Virus record (IMG/VR): IMGVR_UViG_3300043411_000921
Span: 62,001 to 126,000 of that record
Reading direction: 5' to 3' (one strand)
DNA: 64,000 nt
Of the stretch, positions 39,702-50,660 are shown piece by piece. The stretch's first letter is position 1; each line of letters opens with the position of its first letter. The notes below the pieces were generated by a model, which made no database searches, was not told the origin of the DNA, and worked only from the letters and a program-made list of their open reading frames with translations. The position numbers were made by a program, and so were the translations under genes.

Positions 39702-40760
39702 GTGGGACTACTCAACCAAAAGCAACGCCTTCTTGACACCATTCTGACCGATGAAGGACGTAGGCAACTTGGCACCGGAAAATTCGTGCCAGTGTTTTAT
39801 TCCTTTGGCGACTCAAGTGCTGTTTATTCTCCTGGAGACACCAACGTCACAGGATCGTCTCCAGATCAAACACTTTCAACAATTGTTACTTTTGAAGCGT
39901 TTGCTCTTCCCCAAGACCAAGTGGCTTATGAAGCCGATGACTCTGGTGCCCTAAACGTTGTTGGAAACAACAACATCTTTTCCTCTTCTCAAGGTCCAGT
40001 AAGGGTCATCTCCGGACAACTTGTCAAAGGTTGGGAAACAGGAACGCCTCAGATCCTGTCGTCTTCAGCAGAGTTCGCATCAACAGCAGAAGGAATTGTT
40101 GCAGATGCAGCAAACAACTTCAGAAAGTTGATGATTTTGAAGAGCCCAGACCTTCTCCACTCCAACAGAGATGAATTCATTCTCAATAAGAACAGGATTG
40201 ATTTCAGGGTTGATGACAACACGACTCTTCCAGGCTGGGTTACTGTTGGAAACCTGGAAGCAACAGAGAACCTTTTTTTTGATAGGAGGTTGAGTCATGT
40301 GGACAACTTCAAATTCCTTCCACCTGTCAACAAAGAAACAAATATACCTGTCGGAAACTATGCGGGATCCATCGCTGGAAACAGGCAAATTCTGACTTAT
40401 GAGGATTTGAGAGCAGAATTCCAAAACACAGTTGTGAATGATGGGACCGTTCAGAGACGAGTTCCACTGCAAAGAGACACGATCTACTTCTCGGAAACAT
40501 CAATCACAAACAGGTTGATGGGACAAGTCTTTGAGATTGCTAACGGTAAAATGAGCAAGCTGGATGTTGTTGATTTTGGCGTGTTTACAATCAAGAAAAC
40601 AGATCCACCACTGTTTCCTGATGCTGTTCCTGTTCCATTGAACCCTGACATCATTGCTTCGACAACGAGGATTCATGTTTATTTTGTCGGAAAGGTTATG
40701 CTTGATGCAACTGGAAGTGAGAAGTTCCTCCAGATGTTTACACTCGTCTTTCAGGTGTGA
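39702..40760 (+). CDS. Baseplate/fibre-anchor-like protein (paralog of 48615)
   Basis: MGLL...DTILTDEGRRQLGTGKF...FGDS, matching MGFL...DAVLTDIGRQKLAQGNF...AGDD. Confidence 0.5.
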   Translation: MGLLNQKQRLLDTILTDEGRRQLGTGKFVPVFYSFGDSSAVYSPGDTNVTGSSPDQTLSTIVTFEAFALPQDQVAYEADDSGALNVVGNNNIFSSSQGPVRVISGQLVKGWETGTPQILSSSAEFASTAEGIVADAANNFRKLMILKSPDLLHSNRDEFILNKNRIDFRVDDNTTLPGWVTVGNLEATENLFFDRRLSHVDNFKFLPPVNKETNIPVGNYAGSIAGNRQILTYEDLRAEFQNTVVNDGTVQRRVPLQRDTIYFSETSITNRLMGQVFEIANGKMSKLDVVDFGVFTIKKTDPPLFPDAVPVPLNPDIIASTTRIHVYFVGKVMLDATGSEKFLQMFTLVFQV

Positions 40761-40878
40761 AGAAGAGGAAGATTTGGGTTGGGAAGTAGTCTGTCACATT
40801 CCAGATTCAGTGATACCAGGAGATGCGGATTGGCACTTGGAACCCTGGGAACTCGAATTTTAGCTACATATTGGGATC

Positions 40879-43248
40879 ATGCAGGTCAAACTTGGAACCT
40901 TGCCAGTTCTCTCTCTACCCACAGATTTCCTCACACTAGAAGAGATAAACTCCAAAGGGTTCTCTTATCTTCTCTCGGTCAACATCAACAAAGAGTTGGT
41001 GAAATCTTCTCGTGCTGCTTCTCTTGTTGTCAAAACATACAGATCCAATCCCAAAAACACATTCAGCACAAGTGTCCTTTCTAACACCAACAATTCTTCT
41101 TTCGGCAGTTTGTCTGGTGTGAGCAGCACGAGTCTTGTTAGAAGCATTCAATCCAGAGCAATCTCAACTTCAACAAAGATCAGTCAAACACGAAACGATT
41201 ATCTCACCACAGACTCCTACGGAATTCAGGATCTCATCACCAAGTTTGGAACAGGAATCTCATACTCGAAAGAAGAATCTACTTTTTCTAGTGGTGTGAA
41301 GAACTCCGTGCTTGCTTCCACTTCTGGAGAGTCTGTTGGGGCAAGGCTGGAAGAAGATGTGACCATTCCACAACTGTGTTTGGAAGCGATCTCAAACCAG
41401 AAACAAGACCCAGCCTCTTTGGTGAGTCAAAGAGTTTGGGCAAGACCAACTGCGCTGCAAACCAACAATGGCACACCAAGTCAATTCAGCAGACCAACAA
41501 ACTCCGTTGCTTCTTCCCTGATTGCTTCTTCTGTTGTTGCACAACCTCCAACGAATTCTACTGTGTTGGCAAGAAGTAAGTCGGAGTTGACCGTTGTGGA
41601 AATCGAATTACCACTGTTTTTCTATGAAACAGCGATAGGAACTGATGATTTCTTTCTTCTGGTGAGCCTTTTGGATGGGAATGGAGTCTTGATCCAAGAA
41701 GAGGTTGGCTTCGTCAAGCACAAAACCAACCAAGCCATTCTCACAAGGGTTCAAACCCCACCTTCTTTCCAAATTAGGAGAAGGCAGGATGGAATGCTGG
41801 TTGCAAACGTGAAACAGATGGACAGATATGCAACAACCGTGACCTTGTTCAAAACCGAAATGGACAGCACTCCACGGCAAGAAGTTGTGTCGGTTGTTGG
41901 TGTCCCATTCCCAGAAGAAAGAACAATACTCCTTCCAGACACATCACAAACAACTACGCTTTATCGTGCTGTCGCTTACAATGATCTTGGAATTGGCGGA
42001 GTGTTCTCTGGGCAAGTTCTCGAACCGGCAACCAGTTCCAACACACGATTCAAATTTGTTTCCCTCCGCTCAAAGAACACAGATACGGGACTGAACCTTG
42101 TTGTTTCCTCTCTCCCAGAAAACACTTCTGTGGTCTCTTTGTTCCGAGAAGAGGTCGGGAGAGAGGGAGAAGAAACACGACTGATGGATTTTCTGGTGGC
42201 TGGTGGAGCTTCAACAAGCCAACTGACTTATCTGGATACCAGCCTTATTCCCTGGAAATCATATCGGTATTTCTGTGAACTGACAGACACCAGAGGGAAT
42301 GTCATTCCGGCAAATGCTTCCGTTGAGGTCGTGTATCGGCCAAAGACAAGAGATTACGCCGCCGTCTCTGTAACGCCTCCAGTTGTAACAACTGTTCAAT
42401 TACCTGGAAATAATACTCAGTTCTTTGATGTTTCTTTCCAAGTCTCTTACGCTGTGACAAAGAAGCTGGAGGATGGGGTCAGGGAGTTTCTTCTCGGCCA
42501 AGGGTTGCTGGAGTATTATGGCGGAGACATTCAAAGAGAAAACCTCAAAGACCTTCTGATCACCAAAGTGGAACTTCGTGACTTGGAAACCAACGACGTT
42601 TCCTTCCTTGGTTATGTCGATGGAACATTTGTTCAAAGCACGACAAAATATGGGCTCCTCAGCAAGCCATCGTCGTATCAATACGAACTTACTACTTTCG
42701 TGAGAACTCCAGATACGCTCCTTTCCAGTGTTGAACTTACCAAAGAATCAACACCAAGAAGCAGTGGCGCAGACAAGGAATATTCTCTTGTACCATTCAA
42801 CTCTCTGCACCCTTACGGCCTTCTCACAGGAACCAATCCAAAGAAGTCTGGAAATGAGTTTACCAACCTCATTGGACTCCAGCAGTTTGATTTTGGTGAC
42901 ATAACAGATGTGAGCTATCTCCAGGTTGAGTTGAAACCACCAAGCCCTTCTATTAACAATCAAAGAGCTTCGGTTTTCAACAAGAGATTGGTTGAAGTTT
43001 CATGGTCTGTGAATGGAGAACAGGAACAAATCAGTCACTTTATCGTAAGGCGGCAAAATGTTGTTACTGGTGAAACAGACCTCTCTGGAGTTGTTCATGG
43101 AATCAATCCAAAGAACGCTTATCTGTTTGTGGATGAAATAAGGCCCACGGACACGGGTCTGTTCCGTTATGTCATTACACCCCAGTTCTTTGAGAACATG
43201 ATACTCGGAACAAGTGTCCAGACAAATGACGTGGAAGTGAGTGTTTGA
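40879..43248 (+). CDS. Putative structural protein with Ig/FN3-like beta domains
   Basis: 789 aa; C-terminal VEVSWSVNG...HFIVRR...YLFVD...YVITP is FN3-like. Confidence 0.5.
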   Translation: MQVKLGTLPVLSLPTDFLTLEEINSKGFSYLLSVNINKELVKSSRAASLVVKTYRSNPKNTFSTSVLSNTNNSSFGSLSGVSSTSLVRSIQSRAISTSTKISQTRNDYLTTDSYGIQDLITKFGTGISYSKEESTFSSGVKNSVLASTSGESVGARLEEDVTIPQLCLEAISNQKQDPASLVSQRVWARPTALQTNNGTPSQFSRPTNSVASSLIASSVVAQPPTNSTVLARSKSELTVVEIELPLFFYETAIGTDDFFLLVSLLDGNGVLIQEEVGFVKHKTNQAILTRVQTPPSFQIRRRQDGMLVANVKQMDRYATTVTLFKTEMDSTPRQEVVSVVGVPFPEERTILLPDTSQTTTLYRAVAYNDLGIGGVFSGQVLEPATSSNTRFKFVSLRSKNTDTGLNLVVSSLPENTSVVSLFREEVGREGEETRLMDFLVAGGASTSQLTYLDTSLIPWKSYRYFCELTDTRGNVIPANASVEVVYRPKTRDYAAVSVTPPVVTTVQLPGNNTQFFDVSFQVSYAVTKKLEDGVREFLLGQGLLEYYGGDIQRENLKDLLITKVELRDLETNDVSFLGYVDGTFVQSTTKYGLLSKPSSYQYELTTFVRTPDTLLSSVELTKESTPRSSGADKEYSLVPFNSLHPYGLLTGTNPKKSGNEFTNLIGLQQFDFGDITDVSYLQVELKPPSPSINNQRASVFNKRLVEVSWSVNGEQEQISHFIVRRQNVVTGETDLSGVVHGINPKNAYLFVDEIRPTDTGLFRYVITPQFFENMILGTSVQTNDVEVSV

Positions 43249-43253
43249 AATAA

Positions 43254-46200
43254 ATGGCAAAGACAACATCAAGAGGGACAAAGTTTGGTGGTGTGCAGAT
43301 TCAACCTGCGCCACAAACTTCCGTCGTTACATTCACACCTTCAACAACACCTGGAGGATTGCAGTCACAAACCGAGACACAGAGAGGAACAGTCACAACC
43401 TTCACTCCACAACCAAGACAACCCGCCATTCAACCTTTGACTGAGGCACAGCAGGGAACGGTTGTAACTTTCACTCCACAAGCTCGCCAGAGAATAACCC
43501 TGGTCGATCAAAACGTTCAGCCACTCAATCCCGTTGTGGCAATGCAAGGCGTCAGAAATCCTCCTGTCGCCACTCCCGTATTTTTCCCACCAACAAGATC
43601 AGAACTCTCCCAAGTAGATTTTGAGGAAGAAGCTCTTTCTCTGGAGACATACACCTACCGTAACGGTCAGGTCATTTCAACGATCGCTTCTGTTAGACCA
43701 GAAATTCTCCTCAGTACCAACATCATCCCAGCCTTCTCTCAAACTGGGGACAGTCAAACTCGTTTTGGGGTTTACCTCGATGATCTTTACCAATCCTCAT
43801 TGGTTCGAGACACATATCGTCGTTACCTCATCCTCAACAGAGCAAACAACGACAACAGCTTCCAAGGAACACTCGAAGCCGTTGGAAAAAGATTGAATGA
43901 TGACATTGCAGCAGTTGAAAGAACCATTGCTGGGATGGATTCATTGATCGGGAAGAACAAAGAACTTCAACGTGCCCTTGATTTGAAATCAATCCTGGAA
44001 AACACCAACAGATTTGTCAGACCTTTCACAGATGTGAAGAGTTTTATGACTCAAAGACTGCTGTTTTCTGATAGAGCTTACACCAACTTTTCCGACACAA
44101 AGGTTGCGTACCAACTTCTCTCAGACCTCAGTGGAATGCTCCAGAAATGCTCATTCGGCTTGATTGATGGGTTTACAGACAATGATCGGTCAACAGAAAC
44201 AAACACTCTGAAAAAACAGAATGCTCAAGATCCTATCACACTGGATTTGACTTATGGTGATGGGTTGAGATATTCACCCAGCCTTGTTCGTGGGAGATAT
44301 GTCAACACCTATTCGTCATTCAACACCATCGTCAGCTCTCTTCCATCTGCAACAACAGATCGAATCAAGTTCATCATCAACCTGTTGAGCAGAGAACTCA
44401 AAGTCTCCAAAGGTCTTGGAAAATACAAGCTTCCGCAAGAATCAGAGTTCTTTGGGTTTGGTGACAAAGGAAATCCCTTTGACAACATCATTGGAGCGCC
44501 GCCATCAGACATCTTCCTCCAACCAGGAGGAAGAAACAGTCTTTCTTCCTTGTTCTTTCTGAGAACAGGGCAACAAAACGCTGTTGTTCTGCCCTATGAA
44601 AGCCGACAAGTCAACGGAGATGGTCAAACAGTCTTCATTCCAGGTTCTGTTTACTTCGGAGATGGTGTTCTCAATGGAGATTTCACCATTCTTCAATCCT
44701 ATCGTGAATCTTTTTCAGAAAGGCTTGCACGGGCACAGACTGTTTTTAACAGACTCTTGTTGGAACAATCTAAACTTGATCAAACTTCCAAACTCCTTGA
44801 TCCAGTTGATTTGTTCAAGAGTGTTCTGGAGTCATACCAAGCTGCTCAGGCTCTCGTAAGAAAAAACAACAACGATGCAACCGCAATCCTCTCCTTTGCC
44901 TTGTTCCTTTTAGGAGCAGACAAGCCAAAGGTTAGGTTTGAGGTTTTCAAGTTGTTGTTGCTTGTGCTTCTGTATGACACAAGACCTTCTGTGACGGTTG
45001 ATGCAACCAACACAGACAAATTCCGCGACCTTCTCTTCTCAGAACTATCGCAGGAGCCACTACAAGGCTTTTCTGAGCCCTTGAATGAGTCTGGTATACC
45101 CAAGGCCATAGAGGTCCAAATGGAGGCCGTAAAAAGCCTCCTGGTGGCAAACACAAAAACTCTGACCGACTCCTTCCAAGGAAAGACCAATGTCGCCCAA
45201 ATCCAACTCCAGCAATTCGAGAGTTTGGCTTTTTCCCTGAGAACAACTCCAAACCTGTTCAAAGGTGTTTCGGATGTTGTTAAAGCTGTTTTTTCTGCTT
45301 GCAGTGGAAACGAGGTTGTCTTTCACTTGGTTGAGGGTTCCTCTGTTACAAGATTCAATGGAATCACCACGACCGGCTTGGTTCTCTTTGTGTTTGAACT
45401 CTTCTGTGCTGTTGCACAAAGGTTTGCAAACAAGAACATGTCATTCGGGCTGAGAGATTCCATCGGAGGCAGACAAGAATCCTCCAGGTTCCTCGAAGTT
45501 GACTTCAACCCAGAAGAACTGGCAACCATCAACACCAACATCTCCAACTTTGTTGCTGGGAATAAGACGAATGAGAAGACCCTAACAAATGTTTCCAGTG
45601 CTCTTCTTCAAGAAGAAGCAAACATCGCCAACATTCTTCAGTTCTTCACCCAGTTGAATGAATCCCTTGGAAGAGTGACGGCTCCAAACAACCTTGAGAT
45701 TTCCTTGTTTCGTTCCACAAATCCAGGAGACGCTATCACTGCAAACACAGCAAGGTTGGCAAAGGGAATTTTGAGGAGTGTTGTCGATAAGAGGGCTGGA
45801 TATAATCCGACCAACAACCGAGCACTAGAATTTTACCTTCCGAACACAAAACCAATCTCTTCCAACTCTTGGACGGTTTTGAAGTCCGCTCTTCAGTCAA
45901 ACAACCTCTTCAAGCAAGAAAGAGCAAAAATCCTTTCTGTTGGCGTTCCAAAAAACTTCGTTAACTCCGTCTTGGGAATGCCAATCAAACCAGAGGAAGC
46001 ATTTACAGGAAAGCTCAACACCAACACCAGTAACGATCTCGTTTCCTTCCATGTTCACAGGTTGGATAAGGTTGATGAAGGCATCATATACAAGCCATTG
46101 ACCAGAAAGTTTGATCTTTCTCTTTTCCCCAAGGGATTTGATTCTTACCAGCCCGTCTCCTTGGCTGGGAAACCTTATTCGAACTTGGTTGAGATGTTTC

Positions 46201-46763
46201 AATACTATGACTTTGATGAAGACTTGCCATATTCCTCAGTTGTTGCAGAGTCTCTCAGTGACAGAGTTTCTGGAACCAGTAGAGAAGCAGTGGAAAACCT
46301 GTTTCTTAGTTGGTTGCTTGGTCTTTATCAGAACCTTGCAACGGGGCTGAATCCCTCAGAAGAAGTTTTCATTGAATACACCGAGAAAGAAACGGATGAG
46401 TTCTCAAAGCAGTTGCTGGCTGGGAACCTCTCACTCTCCAGGTTCATGTCTCCAGAGTATGTTCCACTGCTCAATTCCTTTCCAGATGGATCGGATGCTC
46501 AGAAAGTCATCTTGGGACTGACCAACGATATTCCAAAGACGGTGTTGCGTGGGAAGGAATATGACCGTGTGTTTTTCATGGCTGTGAACCCAGACCAATT
46601 TCCAATCGACGTTGTTGCTATGAGACAGAACAAAGACACTCAGAGGATTTTGGAGGGCTTGTATTCATCCAGACGGGTAGTAACCGATCCGATCACTGGA
46701 GAGGTCTACAAAATCCCCGAGGCTTTTTCTATGGATAGCTACTTTGTTTCGGTGGAAGTATGA
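43254..46763 (+). CDS. Large putative structural protein with N-terminal T/Q/P repeats
   Basis: 1169-aa ORF in the tail operon. Confidence 0.55.
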   Translation: MAKTTSRGTKFGGVQIQPAPQTSVVTFTPSTTPGGLQSQTETQRGTVTTFTPQPRQPAIQPLTEAQQGTVVTFTPQARQRITLVDQNVQPLNPVVAMQGVRNPPVATPVFFPPTRSELSQVDFEEEALSLETYTYRNGQVISTIASVRPEILLSTNIIPAFSQTGDSQTRFGVYLDDLYQSSLVRDTYRRYLILNRANNDNSFQGTLEAVGKRLNDDIAAVERTIAGMDSLIGKNKELQRALDLKSILENTNRFVRPFTDVKSFMTQRLLFSDRAYTNFSDTKVAYQLLSDLSGMLQKCSFGLIDGFTDNDRSTETNTLKKQNAQDPITLDLTYGDGLRYSPSLVRGRYVNTYSSFNTIVSSLPSATTDRIKFIINLLSRELKVSKGLGKYKLPQESEFFGFGDKGNPFDNIIGAPPSDIFLQPGGRNSLSSLFFLRTGQQNAVVLPYESRQVNGDGQTVFIPGSVYFGDGVLNGDFTILQSYRESFSERLARAQTVFNRLLLEQSKLDQTSKLLDPVDLFKSVLESYQAAQALVRKNNNDATAILSFALFLLGADKPKVRFEVFKLLLLVLLYDTRPSVTVDATNTDKFRDLLFSELSQEPLQGFSEPLNESGIPKAIEVQMEAVKSLLVANTKTLTDSFQGKTNVAQIQLQQFESLAFSLRTTPNLFKGVSDVVKAVFSACSGNEVVFHLVEGSSVTRFNGITTTGLVLFVFELFCAVAQRFANKNMSFGLRDSIGGRQESSRFLEVDFNPEELATINTNISNFVAGNKTNEKTLTNVSSALLQEEANIANILQFFTQLNESLGRVTAPNNLEISLFRSTNPGDAITANTARLAKGILRSVVDKRAGYNPTNNRALEFYLPNTKPISSNSWTVLKSALQSNNLFKQERAKILSVGVPKNFVNSVLGMPIKPEEAFTGKLNTNTSNDLVSFHVHRLDKVDEGIIYKPLTRKFDLSLFPKGFDSYQPVSLAGKPYSNLVEMFQYYDFDEDLPYSSVVAESLSDRVSGTSREAVENLFLSWLLGLYQNLATGLNPSEEVFIEYTEKETDEFSKQLLAGNLSLSRFMSPEYVPLLNSFPDGSDAQKVILGLTNDIPKTVLRGKEYDRVFFMAVNPDQFPIDVVAMRQNKDTQRILEGLYSSRRVVTDPITGEVYKIPEAFSMDSYFVSVEV

Positions 46764-48562
46764 CCAACAACATTCAATCCTTGCCATCTGTTCCAGTAAC
46801 AGCAGCAGATACCCCAGAAATCACAACCTTCACTGCGGAGTTTGTTTACAACTTCTTCCGTGCTGACGAGTTGACTAACTCATCTCAAACCACAGCAGCA
46901 GCCCAGAACTCTGTTGAGTTCTCCAGAACTGTTCCGAGATACGTTCGGTTGAAATGGAACAAAGTTGCCAACAACCAACAAAAATTCACAACGGTTTCTA
47001 TCTCAGACAACCAAGCCAAAATCATTGACGAACAAGATCTGTGTTCTTCCTTCTTCGGAAGATACAACCAGCAAGAAATGAGCTTTGTCTCTGAAAGAAG
47101 GAAATATCTGAGCCAGTTGTTTGAACAGCTTGGAGTCAATCGTTCTGGAGCGGGATTGGTTGATGCTGTGAGAGACCTTCACAACGCAACACCAGAAGGT
47201 GTAAGTCAAGAATTCCTGCTGCGTTACCTGAACTACGCTCAAAGTGAAAACACATCCACCGAAACAACCCCAGAAGAACTGTCTGACAGCCTGGAGCAAG
47301 TGAAGGTTGGTGTCTCTGTTTCCAAAAAAGTTCTGGGAACATTGATGCACGACAAGACAACAACAGATACCCTAACACCATCAACCAACGGAGTCATTTC
47401 CAGCGTTTCTTCCTTGTTTGATGCTCAAAACAGCATCAAACCACAGATGAATAAGTTGGCTGGAAACCAGTACGATCTAAACCTGCTCACTCCTGTTCGT
47501 CTTACATCGGCAGAACAAACCCAAGAATTTGGCACAGTGTTCGGAACACTTGGATACATCATCGAAAGACACAGAATCTTGGATGATGGAAGTCTTGTGG
47601 AAAAGACAGAGTTTGTCATCGAGGAATCGGACACAACTGAGCACTTTGACACCTTGGTTGCATATAATCAGAAGTATCTCTATCGAATCAAGGTGATCAC
47701 TGGGGTTCAGACACTTGCTTTTGACTCATCCAGCAGAGTAAATGTTCTTGCTCTTTATCTTCTTGGAAGCCAAACGACTTCGGTTGTTGTTTCTTGTGTG
47801 GACAGGAAGCCATCAGAGCCACCAACGGACTTTTTTGTTCGCTGGGATTATGGGCTCAACAAACCAGTTCTCACCTGGAACTTCCCAATCGACACCAGAA
47901 GACATATCAAATACTTCCAAATCTTCAGGCGGGAAAACAATGACAGACTCAGACCTGTTCAGCGTCCATTTGAATTGATCAGGATGTACGAGTTCAACGA
48001 TCTCCAGAATGGGGAGGGAACATTCTTTTCCAGGCCACCACAAGGCTCAGGAGGCGTCTTCAAATTCCTTCAAGGGGAAGACGCCATTGAAGCCGATTTG
48101 GTTGTCAACGAAAACAACCTGAGAGGATTGAACGCATTCACTCCAACCTGTTTCATTGACGAAGACTTCAACAAAGAGAAATACTACATCTACGCTGTTG
48201 CTGCTGTTGATGCTCATGGAATCACAACTGGGTATAGCAACCAAATTGGTGTGAAGTTCGACAAACGCAGGAACACAATTGATCGCGTAGACATCTCTGG
48301 CCCAGGTGCCCCAAAGCCATATCCAAATCTTTATCTGAACAGAGATACCTTTGTGGATACGATCAAGAACGAAGGTTACAGCCAAATGACTGTTGTCTTC
48401 AATCCTGAGTTTTATGAACTTTCAAGACAAGGTTCTTCAACCAACACCAAACTCATTCAGTTTGGACCTGACAACAAGTACAGAATCCAGTTGATCAACA
48501 CTGACTTACAAGAAGATCAATTTGTGGATGTTGTCGTAACTGATGGAAGAACCTCTTCGTGA
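46760..48562 (+). CDS. Putative structural protein (FN3-like segments)
   Basis: 600 aa; PPTDF...LTWNFP...YFQIFRR, YYIYAVAAVDAHG. Confidence 0.5.
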   Translation: MTNNIQSLPSVPVTAADTPEITTFTAEFVYNFFRADELTNSSQTTAAAQNSVEFSRTVPRYVRLKWNKVANNQQKFTTVSISDNQAKIIDEQDLCSSFFGRYNQQEMSFVSERRKYLSQLFEQLGVNRSGAGLVDAVRDLHNATPEGVSQEFLLRYLNYAQSENTSTETTPEELSDSLEQVKVGVSVSKKVLGTLMHDKTTTDTLTPSTNGVISSVSSLFDAQNSIKPQMNKLAGNQYDLNLLTPVRLTSAEQTQEFGTVFGTLGYIIERHRILDDGSLVEKTEFVIEESDTTEHFDTLVAYNQKYLYRIKVITGVQTLAFDSSSRVNVLALYLLGSQTTSVVVSCVDRKPSEPPTDFFVRWDYGLNKPVLTWNFPIDTRRHIKYFQIFRRENNDRLRPVQRPFELIRMYEFNDLQNGEGTFFSRPPQGSGGVFKFLQGEDAIEADLVVNENNLRGLNAFTPTCFIDEDFNKEKYYIYAVAAVDAHGITTGYSNQIGVKFDKRRNTIDRVDISGPGAPKPYPNLYLNRDTFVDTIKNEGYSQMTVVFNPEFYELSRQGSSTNTKLIQFGPDNKYRIQLINTDLQEDQFVDVVVTDGRTSS

Positions 48563-48614
48563 GAAACAGTCGGGTCGGTATTTACAGCTACAAAGAAAGA
48601 ATATAGGAACAAAA

Positions 48615-49316
48615 ATGGGTTTCCTCCAACAGGACCAACAGAACATAGTCGTGGACGCCGTGTTGACAGACATCGGTCGCCAGAAGCTCGCACAAGGAAA
48701 CTTCAACATCATCAAGTTTGCTGCTGGGGATGATGAAGTCGATTACGGAATGATTGTTCGCTATGGCAGAACAGTCGGGCAAGAGAAGATTGAAAAGAAC
48801 ACTCCTGTGTTTGAAGCTGTTACCAACAACAAACTTGCTCTTGTTCGCCCACTGGTCTCCCTCCCAGATCCAAACAGATATACCCTTCCCAAATTCGCCC
48901 TGGCTGCAACACAAGGGTTGACTGGAAATGTTTTGTCTCTTGGAACAGGAGCAACCAACAAACAAACCGTCATCGTCCAGCAAACTTTGACAGGTGGAGA
49001 AACAGTTCCGCAAGAGCTTGTTGACAATCAATTCATGGTTGTGTGTGATGACAGATTTATTCGAATCATCGGCAGCACACCTGTGATTGATAGAAACAGA
49101 ATGGCTTCTTACATCCTCACAAGAGATGGCTCAACTTCCAGCCAAGGTGGTGCAACCGTTTCTATCGCCGTGAATGCCAAAGCTATCACAGATGCTCAGT
49201 TCTTGATCTTTGGTCAGCCGAACGCCAAGACGATTATCAGAACGGTTCTGAGGGTTACTGGAATGAGTTCTGGTGCCAGTGTGGACTTCGTAGCTTCTAT
49301 CACCAAAAACGCATAA
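48615..49316 (+). CDS. Baseplate/fibre-anchor-like protein
   Basis: Start MGFLQQ at 48615 after TATTTA (48579); VDAVLTDIGRQKLAQG..IIKFAAGDDEVDY. Confidence 0.55.
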   Translation: MGFLQQDQQNIVVDAVLTDIGRQKLAQGNFNIIKFAAGDDEVDYGMIVRYGRTVGQEKIEKNTPVFEAVTNNKLALVRPLVSLPDPNRYTLPKFALAATQGLTGNVLSLGTGATNKQTVIVQQTLTGGETVPQELVDNQFMVVCDDRFIRIIGSTPVIDRNRMASYILTRDGSTSSQGGATVSIAVNAKAITDAQFLIFGQPNAKTIIRTVLRVTGMSSGASVDFVASITKNA

Positions 49317-49331
49317 AGGTAACACACCAAC

Positions 49332-50555
49332 ATGGCAACATTTGAATTTTTCAACCCCGCTTCCGACAAGAGAACACAAAGCGATGTTCTTGAGCAACTC
49401 GTTGACGTGATTGGAGATGACGTTTCTTCTTCTCTCACCAGAAGGAAGTATCAGGTTTGGGTTACTGGCTCAGGAGCAAGTGCTGGAGTCACCAGTTCTC
49501 TTTTTCAAACAGTCTATGATCAAGATTTCACTCTTCAAACAGCGAACCCTGTTTTTGATGTGACCATTGGAATCCACACAAGCTCTGTTCTCATCCCAGC
49601 ACTCACAACCTCTTATGACTCTGTGAATGATCAATACTACTTCCCTTCCTCATCCATGATGATGAGAGAAAAGATTGATCTTTACCGAACATTCGCCCAG
49701 CAGCTCCTTGGCAACGACAATCAAGCCTTTGCCTTTGTCTCAGGTGCTTTGGCAGGAACCACTATCAAAGAAGCCGTGTTTCTTTCTTTCAAACGCCTGT
49801 TTGCAAGAGATCAAGTCAAAAGGGAAACCTTCGCTCTTCGCGCATTTCAATCAGCTTCCCTTTCTGGTCTTGTGAACCTGGAGAGACAAGGCATTGGTGA
49901 AGCGATTTATACTGACCTTGGTTCAATAATCAATGTGAACTATTCTTTCCCAGGAGGATCAGTTGGAACTATTGTCAACACTTCCAACACTTCTTCCGTT
50001 GGTTTGGTTTGGCACGATCAAGGAATTGTTGTGCTGGATGCTTCGAGAGTTTTTGATTCCACCGAACAAATCACCGGATCCATCAATAGTATCAACCTAA
50101 CCAACGAACCTTTCACTGGTTCCTTGCTTTATAGTGGAACTGGCCCATGCAACGCACTGTTCGCCAGTGCTTCCGTTGATGATGTTGTCGATCATATCTG
50201 CTCCACAAGGTTCACTGGATCTGATGCAACCGTGATGGCCTTCCAAAACCAAACAAACATCAACAGTTCTGTCTTCTTCTGCAAGTTTGAAGCTGACAGG
50301 TTCAATTATTCTAGCAACCCAACCTACACCGATTCTTCTGGTCGTATCGTCGTCATTGATCCAGGACAAGAAGATGTTCAACGCTCCTTCTCCTTCATCA
50401 CTTCTATTGGCTTGTATGACGCAGACAACAACCTCTTGGCTGTCGCCAAAGCCTCTCGACCTATTTTGAAAAACTATCAACGTAGTTTCACAATTAAAGT
50501 TCGGAACGATTTTGCCAAGAAGCCACGATTTTCAAACTCCAAGATTCGGAAATAG
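49332..50555 (+). CDS. Baseplate/tail structural protein (paralog of 52187)
   Basis: C-terminal FITSIGLYDADNNLLAVAKASRPILK. Confidence 0.55.
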   Translation: MATFEFFNPASDKRTQSDVLEQLVDVIGDDVSSSLTRRKYQVWVTGSGASAGVTSSLFQTVYDQDFTLQTANPVFDVTIGIHTSSVLIPALTTSYDSVNDQYYFPSSSMMMREKIDLYRTFAQQLLGNDNQAFAFVSGALAGTTIKEAVFLSFKRLFARDQVKRETFALRAFQSASLSGLVNLERQGIGEAIYTDLGSIINVNYSFPGGSVGTIVNTSNTSSVGLVWHDQGIVVLDASRVFDSTEQITGSINSINLTNEPFTGSLLYSGTGPCNALFASASVDDVVDHICSTRFTGSDATVMAFQNQTNINSSVFFCKFEADRFNYSSNPTYTDSSGRIVVIDPGQEDVQRSFSFITSIGLYDADNNLLAVAKASRPILKNYQRSFTIKVRNDFAKKPRFSNSKIRK

Positions 50556-50660
50556 CGGTTAGTCGTCGTCGAAACCACATTTCTTCCTCTCCCCAATTCT
50601 TTCCCAAGACCCCAGTCCCAGCTCACTTACAAATTGATACATCTACTTATGTTTTCAACA

